A stretch of DNA of 64,000 nt, taken from Clostridiales bacterium (GTDB lineage Bacteria; Bacillota; Dehalobacteriia; UBA7702). Positions 28,323 through 37,617 of this stretch are shown here, piece by piece. Both the position numbers and the translations under genes were made by a program. Below the pieces are notes generated by a model. That model made no database searches, was not told the origin of the DNA, and worked only from the letters and a program-made list of their open reading frames with translations. Within the stretch, counting starts at the first letter, position 1. Each line of letters starts with the position of its first letter. The DNA is taken from contig JAXGQI010000007.1 of the NCBI GenBank assembly GCA_040766525.1, positions 3,166-67,165 on the forward strand. The letters are read 5' to 3'.

Positions 28323-30324
28323 ATGGCAATCGTACTGGGTATCGACACAGGTGGCACCTATACCGACGGCGTCATCGTTGATTTGGAAAAAGGAAATCCT
28401 GGCAGCTACCAAAGCCGCAACGACCCATCAGGATCTCATCGTGGGGATTCGTAATGTGATCGGTCAGATCATTACCGAAAAGGATCAAATTGATTATGCG
28501 GCGCTTTCCACCACCTTGGCCACAAATGCTTTGGTGGAGGACCGCGGTTGCCGCGTGGGGGCTTTGATTTTAGGATATCGGTTGGAAGAAAGTTTGCCCC
28601 AATGTGAGTGCGTTTTTTTGCCGGGGTGTATGGATATCATGGGGAGGGAAACAGAAGCTCTGGACATTGAAATGACCCGGGAAGCCATTGAGAATCTACG
28701 CGGGAAAGTCGATGCGGTGGCAGTTTCCGGATTTTTCAGTGTGCGTAATCCCGACCATGAGGAAGAAGTGAAAAGCCTCGTCCGTGAGATTTTAGGCTTG
28801 CCGACGGTGGCCGCCCATGAATTGACAACGGCATTAGGCTTGAAAGAGCGCACCGTAACGGCGATCTTGAATGCTCGCTTGCTCTCGGTCATTGATCAGC
28901 TAATGAATGCCGCGAAAGCGGCGTTAAAGGAGAAGGGGTTCGATGTGCCGATCATGATCGTCAAAGGGGACGGCAGTTTGATGAATGAAAGCGTTGCCAG
29001 AGAGCGTCCGATCGAAACGATTTTGTCGGGTCCTGCTGCCAGCATCATCGGGGCAACGTACCTCCATGGTTCGGAGCAGGGTCTTGTTCTCGATATGGGC
29101 GGGACTACGACGGATATCGCCGTTTTGAAAGACGGCCGTCCGCGCCTTGACAGTGAAGGCGCCAAAGTCGGGGGTTGGCGTACCCGTGTGGCCGCCACCG
29201 ACGCCAATACCTTTGGTTTGGGAGGCGACAGCCGTATTTTCTACGACCAAATTAAGAATGAGCTGCTGCTCGGGCCTCGCCGCGTTCTCCCCATTTATTC
29301 CATTGCCGAAAAATATCCCCAATATATTGAAGAGCTAAAACACTTGCGTTTTCGGAAATCGGCGGTCATTACTCATGAAACTGTTGAGGGCTATCAAATC
29401 TTAGAAGCCCCCGATACGGTAGAAGGTTTGAGTGAAGTGCATCAACAGATCCTCGAGATCCTTGCCGACGGGCCCCATACGGTGATCACCATTGGCGAAA
29501 AAATTGGTAAGGATCCCAATTTGCTGACTTTTGAGCCCTTGGTCAAACATGGTGTGATCGGCTTGATCGGCTATACGCCTACGGATCTCCTCCATGTGAC
29601 CGGGGATTATACTGCGGGAGACCCCAAGGGGCCGCAACTGGCTGCCGAACTGATGGCCCGGCGTTGGGGACTGCCCTTGGATGCCTTCTTGCGCAAGACG
29701 AGAATGGCCATTATCGAGAAGCTTTGCCGGGTGATTTTGGACAGTGTTTTGGACTATGAAAAGGCGCCCAAGAAGGAAAATAGCCCGATGGTGGAGTATT
29801 TTATCGAAAATGCCCTTTGGGGGAAGAAAGACAGTTTAATGGCCCATGGGTTTTCTCTCAAGATTCCCATTATCGGTATCGGTGCGCCGGTGAAAGCATG
29901 GTTGCCCCAGGTAGCGGAAAAATTCCATACCGATTTGTTGCTGCCCAATCATTATGAAGTTGCCAATGCCGTCGGCGCCGCTGTCGGTAAAGTGGTGACA
30001 ATTTACCGGATTTTGGTGCAAAATCATGAGAGCGAAGGGATTTCCATCTATGCCCCTTGGGGGAAAAAATCCTATGGCTTGGAAACTTTTGCCAATGACG
30101 ACGATCAAACCCAAAAAGCCAGGATGAACAAAGTCGTTGCCGTTGCTATTGCCGCCGGGAGGAAGCGCATGGTCGAGGAAATGGCAAAACAGGGTCTTGC
30201 CGACTATGATGTGTTGGTTGAGCGGGAAGATTCCACGGTAAGTGATGGCTATAGCGATAATTTGAAAATATATATTGAAACGAAGCTGGAGATTATTGCT
30301 GTTGGCAGACCCCAATGGCATTGA
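28323..30324 (+). pseudogene. hydantoinase/oxoprolinase-type (ASKHA-fold) ATPase family protein, one frameshift in the A5 run at 28387-28391
   Basis: The ATG at 28323 follows GGAGGG and gives MAIVLGIDTGGTYTDGVIVDLEK. The rest (..LDMGGTTTDIAVL.., ..GLGGDS..) is in the long ORF ending at 30324. Confidence 0.7.
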
Positions 30325-30352
30325 TGATGGATTGCCGTAAGGAGGAAATGAA

Positions 30353-30999
30353 ATGCCCAAAATGAAGCTGATTGCCTGCCGCACCTTAGAGGAAGAGATT
30401 CTTGCGGTTTTACCTTCTGATGTCGATGCGGTTTTTTTAGAATATGCCTTGCATGATACGCCGGAGATCTTGCACCGTGAATTACAGGCGGAATTTGACA
30501 AGGATACGGAACACGATACCATCTTATTGGGCTACGGCCTTTGCTCCAATAGTGTCGTCGGGGTGAAATCCGACCGTCATCAGCTCGTCATCCCTAGAGT
30601 CCATGATTGTATCAGCCTGCTTTTGGGGGCGAGAGAGAAATATGATCAGCAATTCAAATCGTTCCCCGCGACCTATTATTTGAGCAAGGGCTGGATCAAA
30701 CAAAAAGGGGACCCCTATTCCGCTTTTATCAAATACAAAGGGATGTTCGGAGAGGAAATGGCAATGGAAACCACCAAGATGATGTATAATAATTATCAGC
30801 GCATCGCCTATATCCATACTTTGGGGCAGGATCAAGAGGATGTGGCTTTTAGCAGGGAAGTAGCGGATTTTCTCGGGATTGGTCACACGGAATTGAGGGG
30901 AACCTTGACATGTTCCATGCTTTGGTCAGCGGGGACTGGGATGAGCGTTTTGTTGTCGTGCCGCCGGGAACTGCCTTTGCACAGAAAGATTTCATGTGA
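30353..30999 (+). CDS. DUF1638-like protein (probable frameshift in the last ~35 codons)
   Basis: MPKMKLIACRTLEEEI...FLEYALHDTPE..LLGYGLCSNS..IPRVHDCISLLLG..YYLSKGW. The natural C-terminus (..DMFHALVSGDWDERFVVVPPGTAFAQKDFM*, stop 30997-30999) is in another frame from ~30898. Confidence 0.65.
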
Positions 31000-31100
31000 A
31001 TATTGATTAGATCCTGGGAAATCCTTTCCGAGGATCTTTTTTGAGAATTTTGTCTTGACTTTAACACAATGTCATGGTGTATTCTCTTCTTGGAGGGAAA

Positions 31101-31865
31101 ATGATGGACTATCAAATCAAGGAAATTGCCGAGATCACCGGTTTATCCCAGCGGATGTTGCGCCATTATGACCTGATTGGACTTCTTCAGCCGGCGAGGA
31201 AGGAGAATGGGTATCGGATCTATGGTGAAGAGGAAATGCAAAAATTGCAGCAAATCCTCTTTTTCCGAGAGCTGGGGTTTTCTTTGGCGGAGATCAAGGG
31301 TTTTTTGCAGCGCGCGGATTTTGATCGTAAAGAGGCATTTCTGGCCCATAAAGAGATGTTGTGCTTAAAAGAAAAGCGGATCAAACGAATGATAGCATCC
31401 ATTGATCTTTGCCTTTTAGAGTTGGAGAAAGGAGAAAAAACCATGACCGATACGGAGAAGCTCGCTGTGATGAGCAAAAAAGAAATCGATGCCTTTCAGT
31501 CTCGTTATCGTAAAGAAGCTGTCCAAAAATATGGCGAGGAGTCGGTTCGGGCTGCGGAAGCGAAGACGAAGGATTACGATGATGAAAAATGGGGCGCCAT
31601 TCAGCGCCGTTCCCGTGAGATTTTGCTTGCCTTGGCGGATTTGATGGCTGTTCCCGTTGCCGATTCCCGGGTTCAGGATTTGGTGCATGCTTACCGTGAG
31701 GAGATCACGGCTAATTATTATGATTGCACCGTCGAGATCTATGCGGGTTTGGGCAGGCTCTATATGGAAGACGACCGCTTTACCCAATATTTTGAAGATA
31801 TTTGCCCCGGGCTGGCCCTTTATATGTCGGAGGCGATTCGGTATTACTGCCAAAACCATAAGTAA
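31101..31865 (+). CDS. MerR-family regulator with TipAS-like C-terminal domain
   Basis: MMDYQIKEIAEITGLSQRMLRHYDLIGLL.P.RKENGYRIY MerR HTH, with a C-terminal ~140-aa helical TipAS-type domain. Confidence 0.85.
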   Translation: MMDYQIKEIAEITGLSQRMLRHYDLIGLLQPARKENGYRIYGEEEMQKLQQILFFRELGFSLAEIKGFLQRADFDRKEAFLAHKEMLCLKEKRIKRMIASIDLCLLELEKGEKTMTDTEKLAVMSKKEIDAFQSRYRKEAVQKYGEESVRAAEAKTKDYDDEKWGAIQRRSREILLALADLMAVPVADSRVQDLVHAYREEITANYYDCTVEIYAGLGRLYMEDDRFTQYFEDICPGLALYMSEAIRYYCQNHK

Positions 31866-31890
31866 GACCGCCTCTCAGCATATCTTTTCC

Positions 31891-31919
31891 TTGACGGATG
31901 GAAAAAAATCCGTTACAAT
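31891..31919 (+). promoter_or_regulatory. sigma-A promoter of the riboswitch/ATPase transcript
   Basis: TTGACG (31891-31896), 17 nt, TACAAT (31914-31919). Confidence 0.6.
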
Positions 31920-31935
31920 ATTTGTAAATGAATCA

Positions 31936-32064
31936 TATTCCGTGGGGGAGTAGTTTGCATAAGTTTTTGACTTATGTGTCAAGTCAACATACATGGCCAT
32001 TGCGGCTTGGCTTGTCTTAAAGAACCAGACCCATGTGTAGCTTATGCTGCACATGGGTTTTTTG
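31936..32064 (+). promoter_or_regulatory. yybP-ykoY (Mn2+) riboswitch with expression-platform terminator
   Basis: Conserved blocks GGGGAGTAG (31943-31951), GTCAACATAC (31982-31991) and AACCAGACC (32022-32030). The 3' P1 strand CCCATG can pair with CGTGGG upstream or with the terminator stem CCCATGTG..CACATGGG + T6 (32029-32064), the expected Mn-ON design upstream of a metal-exporting ATPase. Confidence 0.75.
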
Positions 32065-32083
32065 CATGAAGGGGGAGACGCGG

Positions 32084-34742
32084 ATGAAAGATGCGTATTT
32101 GAGGAGCGGCAAAGATGTTTTAGAAGATCTCTCGGTTGACCCGGGTTATGGTTTAACGGAACAACAGATCGCAGAAAACGGGGAAAAATACGGGTATAAT
32201 ATGTTTGCCCCTAAAGAGCAGAAGAGACTTTGGCGCAGAATTTGGGATGGGGCGAAAGAACCGATGATTTTGTTACTTTGGCTGGCTGCATTGATTACCT
32301 TCAGTGTGAATCTGATGCGTTATTATAATGGCGGCGAGGCGGAGTATATTGAATTTGTCGGTATTTTTATTGCCATTTTCTTGTCGATCATAATCGGGGT
32401 CATTATGGAAGGGCGCAGCGCCAAAGCTTTTGAAGCCTTAAACCGTATGAAGGAAAATCATCAAGTCCGGGTATTGCGGCAAGGGGAGATGATGCTGATC
32501 CCGCAGAAAGCTATCTTGGTGGGAGATATTTTGCCGGTCGAAACGGGGGATAAGATCTGGGCCGACGGACGTTTGCTGGAGGCGGCGTCTTTGTTGGTGG
32601 ATGAATCTTCTCTGACAGGGGAAAGTATGCCGGTGGGCAAAAATGCGGAAAAAGTGCTCACGGATCCTCGTACGCCGGTGGCGGAACGGGTCAATTTACT
32701 TTATTCCGGTTCTTTTGTGGCGGCAGGTACCGGAAAGATGATCGTTACCGCCGTGGGAGATCATACGGAATTTGGCCTCATTGCCCGGGAGTTGGCGGTG
32801 GCGGACGAAGGTCTTACGCCTTTACAACAGAAATTGGCCAAGCTGGGGAAAACGATCGCGATCATCGGCGCTATTATTGCCGGGATCATCTATTTTTTGC
32901 AGTTGTTTTTACTCCTTTCTCATGGCGGCTTGAGTTTTGATGCTGTTACCGATGCCCTGATTACTTCCATTGTTTTGATCGTTGCGGCGGTTCCGGAAGG
33001 GTTGCCCACGGTCATTGCCTTATCCTTGGCGATCAATATGATCCGCATGTCGAAACAGAATGCTTTGGTGAAGCGCATGTCCGCCTGTGAGACGATTGGC
33101 GCTGTCGATATGATCTGCTCCGATAAAACCGGTACTCTGACGGAGAATCGGATGACCTTGCGTTTGATCGAAAGCGAAGGCATTGCTTATCCGCCGGAGG
33201 AATTGGCGCAGGGGTGGATTTTAGAAAACTTTTGCTATAACAGTACGGCGGATCTTGCCGCCGACGGCATGGGGTTTATCGGGAATCCTACCGAATGCGC
33301 CCTCCTGGTCGCTGCGGGGAAATGCGGTTGCGATTATCGCCATACCCGAGAGGAGACCTGCATCGCTAAAGTCTTTCCCTTTTCTTCCGAAACAAAGAAT
33401 ATGACGACGATCGTGAAAGAAGGGGAAGCCTATTGTGCCTATACCAAGGGGAGCCCGGAAAAAATTATTTCCCTTTGCGATTCTTTTCCGGAAAATCCGG
33501 TGAAAATTGCCGAAAAGATTGGACAATACCAAGCCCAGACCGGCCGGGTGTTGGCCTTTGCCCATCGGGTTGTCAAATCCGCCGATGTGGTGGATTGGGA
33601 GCGGGACGAGATTGAAAGCGCAATGGTATTTGACGGTTTTGCCGTGATTGCCGATCCATTACGCAAAGAAGTTTATGAAGCGGTGCAACAATGCCGCTGA
33701 GGCAGTATTGATTTGAAGATGCTCACAGGGGATCATCGGATCACCGCCCAGGCCATCGGTAGGAACTGGGGCTTTTAGGGAGGATGAGCCGGTTGTAGAG
33801 GCCAAGGATCTGGAATCCTTGAGCGACGCGGAACTGGCGGCGGCTCTGCCGCAGATCAAGGTGATCGCCAGGAGCACGCCGACCATTAAAATGCGGGTCG
33901 TGCAGGCGTTAAAATCCATGGGGCATGTGGTGGCTGTTACCGGTGACGGGGTTAATGACGCTCCCGCTATCAAGCATGCGGATATCGGCATTGCGATGGG
34001 GATATCCGGTACGGAAGTTTCCCAGGAAGCCAGCGATATCGTGCTCTTGGACGATTCATTTTCAACCATTGTCAAAGCGGTGAAATGGGGCCGCGGCATT
34101 TATGAAAACCTACAGAAATTTATCCAATTCCAGCTTACGGTGAATTTGTCTTCTGTTATCGTGGTGTTGACATCGGTGCTGCTGGGCATGGGAGCGCCCT
34201 TTACCGCCTTGCAGCTCTTGTGGATCAATCTGATTATGGACGGTCCTCCGGGGTGGCTTTGGGACTCGATCAGATGAAGAGAGGTCTTTTGGATCGAAAC
34301 CCGTCCCCGGGATAAAAGCATCGTGACCGGGCAGATGATGGGGCGCATTATTTTGATCGGGCTGATCGTTGCGATTTTATCCCTTGTGCAGACGGCATAT
34401 CCTCTTTTGGGCGGCACGGCGGAGCAGCAGCAGACGATTGTTTTCACCTTCTTCGTACTTTGCCAGCTTTTCAATGCCTTTAATTGCCGGGAGCTTTCGG
34501 ATGAGAGTATCTTTCGGAATATCGGCAAGAATCGGCGGTTGCTCCTGGTTTTTGCAGCCACCTTTTTACTCCAAGTTTTGATTATCCAGGTGGGCGGCGC
34601 TGTTTTTCAAACGACGCCTCTGCCCTTCATTATCTGGATTAGAATCATATGTTTGAGCGCTTCGGTGATCTTCGTGATGGAACTCATGAAATTGATCAAG
34701 AGAAGGATTCATCGGGTCAAAGATCCTGCCGCCCTTGATTGA
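32084..34742 (+). pseudogene. cation-transporting P-type ATPase (Ca2+/Mn2+ type, P2A-like) with an in-frame TGA and at least 2 frameshifts
   Basis: ATG 32084 after GGGGGAG. Contains the TGES motif (SLTGESMP), DKTGTLT phosphorylation site, MLTGD and VTGDGVNDAPAIKHADIGIAMG. The frame is interrupted by the TGA at 33698-33700 (same frame continues ..IDLKMLTGD..) and shifts near 33760 and 34270-34320. Confidence 0.85.
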
Positions 34743-34760
34743 CCTTGGGAAAAGCATGAA

Positions 34761-34808
34761 ATAACCCCTGATGCTTCGGAAATCCAAAGCGATCAGGGGT
34801 TATTTTTT
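34761..34808. terminator. bidirectional intrinsic terminator between the convergent ATPase and putP genes
   Basis: Perfect 12-bp stem ATAACCCCTGAT...ATCAGGGGTTAT followed by T6. Confidence 0.7.
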
Positions 34809-34819
34809 GTATTGTTATT

Positions 34820-36286
34820 TTAGGCTTTTGTTTTCATTGCTTTTTCAAACAGGTCGAGCACTTCTTGGCTGGGGGATTTGTCGATCAAGGAGCCGATGAT
34901 GGCGCCGACAAAACCCATGATGATACCGGGGATGATTTCATAAAGCTGGGTGGAAGCCGATAACCCCAATGCAATCCAGAGGAAAACCGTGATGCCGCCG
35001 AAGCAGATCCCGGTGACGGCTCCCCGGTAAGTAAGCCGCTTCCAATAGAGGGAAAGCAGAATAACGGGGCCAAAAGCAGCGCCGAATCCTGCCCAGGCAT
35101 TTTCTACTAAGCCCATGATGCTGCCGCTGTTGGGATTGTTGCCCATAAAGAAAGCGACGATGGCGATGGCGATGACCACCAAGCGGCTGACCCAAAGCAA
35201 TTCTTTATCCGAAGCGTTTTTGCGGATCAGCGGTTGATACACATCGCTGGTGAGCGCAGAAGCTGCCACCAATAATTGAGAGTCCGCCGTGCTCATGGAA
35301 GCCGCAATGATTGCCGAAAGCAAAATACCGGCGATGAAGGGCGGGAAGATATTCCGCACAACTTCGATAAAGACATATTCGCTGTTGGCAATCTCAGGAA
35401 CAAAGGCCCGGCCCAAAATACCGATGGCCACGGCGCCACCCAAGGCGAGGAGCACCCAAACCACTGCAATGCGGCGGGAGCGCTTGATCAGAGCAGGTTC
35501 TTTGATCGCCATAAAACGGACGAGGATATGGGGCATGCCGAAGTAGCCGAAGCCCCAGCCCAGGCCGGATAAGATCGTTGCGAAAGAAGTGTAATCCATT
35601 TTGCCTGTGGGCAAAAGCTTTAGATAATTGGGGTCGATATTGGTATAGAAGCTTTGGTCGATGCCACCCATGATGAAATAAGCGGCAATGGGAGCAAAGA
35701 GAATGGCCGCTAACATCAAAAGCCCTTGGATAAAGTCGGTCCAGCAGACGGCGAGAAAACCGCCCAAAAAGGTGTAGAGCACAACGATAATGGAAAAAAT
35801 GATAACCGTTGTATCATAAGGGATATTCAAAACCGTACTGAAGACAAGGCCGCCGGCTTTAAAGGAAGCTGCGGCATAGACCGCAAAGCAAACAAAGAAA
35901 ACGATGGCACAGACGATCCGCAAAGCCGGGCTTGCGGCTTGAAAACGGTTTTGCAGATATTCGGGGATCGTGATCGAATCCCCCGCTGCTTCCGTAAAGC
36001 GCCGCAGGCGTTCCGCAGTAAACAGCCAGTTTAAGTAGGTTCCTATGGCAAGGCCGATGGCGATCCAAACTTTCCCCAAACCAAAGGCAAAAAGTGAGCC
36101 CGGCAGTCCCATCAAGAGCCAGGCGCTCATGTCGGATGCTTGGGCTGATAAAGCGATGACCCAATGGTTTAATTGGCGGCCGCCGAGAAAATACTGGTTC
36201 ATCCCACCTTTAGTTTTTACGAAGAAGTAGATCCCGATGCCGACGATGACAGCAAAATACAGAATAAATGCAGATAATTCCCCCAT
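34820..36286 (-). CDS. putP: sodium:proline symporter (SSS family)
   Basis: 488 aa. YFLGGRQLNHWVIALSAQASDMSAWLLMGLPG and later PutP-type motifs. Confidence 0.85.
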   Translation of the reverse strand: MGELSAFILYFAVIVGIGIYFFVKTKGGMNQYFLGGRQLNHWVIALSAQASDMSAWLLMGLPGSLFAFGLGKVWIAIGLAIGTYLNWLFTAERLRRFTEAAGDSITIPEYLQNRFQAASPALRIVCAIVFFVCFAVYAAASFKAGGLVFSTVLNIPYDTTVIIFSIIVVLYTFLGGFLAVCWTDFIQGLLMLAAILFAPIAAYFIMGGIDQSFYTNIDPNYLKLLPTGKMDYTSFATILSGLGWGFGYFGMPHILVRFMAIKEPALIKRSRRIAVVWVLLALGGAVAIGILGRAFVPEIANSEYVFIEVVRNIFPPFIAGILLSAIIAASMSTADSQLLVAASALTSDVYQPLIRKNASDKELLWVSRLVVIAIAIVAFFMGNNPNSGSIMGLVENAWAGFGAAFGPVILLSLYWKRLTYRGAVTGICFGGITVFLWIALGLSASTQLYEIIPGIIMGFVGAIIGSLIDKSPSQEVLDLFEKAMKTKA

Positions 36287-36472
36287 TTTTCCCTTCCTTT
36301 CCTCATTAAAGATGCATAATATGAATTTAATACGATATTATGGTAACCCTTTATCTATTTTCTGTCAAACCTTATTTTCTGCTTTCTTTTAAGAAGAATT
36401 GTGATAAAATAACAGAAGAAGAGGAAGTTAAATGGTAAGGTAACAAAAAGAAGAACAAGGGAGGGAAACACG

Positions 36473-36787
36473 ATGGCAAAAGGAGTAATAGATTCCGGGA
36501 TTTGCGGCTTGAAAACAACGGTTACAGCAGAAGATAAGGATGGTATGATGGTCGGTTTGAAGATCGATTCGGAATGCTCCGCATTTAAAGATCTCGATCA
36601 AACATTGCCTGAAGTCAATGGTATGCAGGTTTGCTTTGATAAAGTGGGGGAAGGTCCCATTTATGAAGCCTGCCGCAAAACCTGTAAGCATGCTGCTTGT
36701 CCCGTACCCATGGGGATCGTGAAAACGGTGGAAGTTGCCGCTGGGATGGCGCTCCCTAAAGATGTGCATGTTACCTTGGAAAAATAA
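36473..36787 (+). CDS. small Cys-containing hypothetical protein
   Basis: 104 aa with a good RBS (GGGAGGGA). Conserved-looking Cys residues (GICGLK, SECSAF, CRKTCKHAACP). No family recognised. Confidence 0.5.
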   Translation: MAKGVIDSGICGLKTTVTAEDKDGMMVGLKIDSECSAFKDLDQTLPEVNGMQVCFDKVGEGPIYEACRKTCKHAACPVPMGIVKTVEVAAGMALPKDVHVTLEK

Positions 36788-36813
36788 ATTTGTGGGATAT
36801 GGGCAGAGCGCCC

Positions 36814-36960
36814 GAGACTGCAGATAAAAATCGATAGCATTATCAAACCAAAGCCCCTGACCGCTTCCGTATGTCTATATACGCCACGCGTCCAGGGCTT
36901 TTGTTTTTCCTAGCTCTAGGCTTTTCTCTCCAGTTTCCCATCAGGTCTACAGGATGACCG
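36814..36960 (+). repeat. palindromic repeat family, copy C (3' end diverged)
   Basis: GAGACTGCAGATAAAAATCGATAGCATTATCAAACCAAAGCCCCTGACCGCTTCCGTATGTCTATATACGCCACGCGTCCAGGGCTTTTG..CCTAGCTCTAGGC... Only a short GCAG(A/GG)AGCGC flank similarity is present. Confidence 0.75.
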
Positions 36961-37617
36961 ACCGCAGGGAGCGCTTTGGCATAAAGCTTGCCGGGCAATA
37001 TAAGATCGTCAAACTCCGGCTGATCGAATTTATCCTCCGCCAGGTAGCCTGATCCCATTATAAAAATGTACTGTGTGGCTGATCGGAACGATAAGAACCA
37101 TCGGCCCGGCATTCAGGACAATCGCGCCGACAAAGCGCTCCTTCTTCCTGTGCAGAGAAACGAATGCGCCGTGCTTGTAAAGAAAAATCGGCAAGACTAC
37201 CTACCGGGTGACGATCCATTTTAGTGCCACCAGCAATGAAACCATGAGCGACAAAATTAAACAAATGCTCCGTAATGAAATACAGTAAATGTAAACTCCA
37301 CATTAAGAAGCCGGGAATCTAAATACAGAATAGGTTGCCTGCTTTATTCATGTGCTTATCTGATGAAAAGCATAGCGTGACATTGTAAATCTATCGTGCT
37401 ATTATTATAATAATTAATGGGAAAATAGACCGAACTTTGTTTGAATGTCCGGTTTCATCTTCTATACGGATAACTGCCTGTAACATGGATGATTCTAAGT
37501 TTATCAATAACTAGAAGCTTGTAAGAATGGTTATATGGTACAACAACGCATAAAAGATACTAGCGGTGTTTCAAGTACAAAGTCCAAAAAGTATAGAAAT
37601 TTTAGGGAGTGCCAATA

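Noticed and set aside
33698-33700. In-frame TGA in the P-type ATPase as a selenocysteine or recoded codon
   Set aside because: The position lies in a loop where homologues have ordinary residues, I saw no SECIS-like hairpin immediately downstream, and the gene has additional frameshifts. A nonsense lesion is the simpler explanation.
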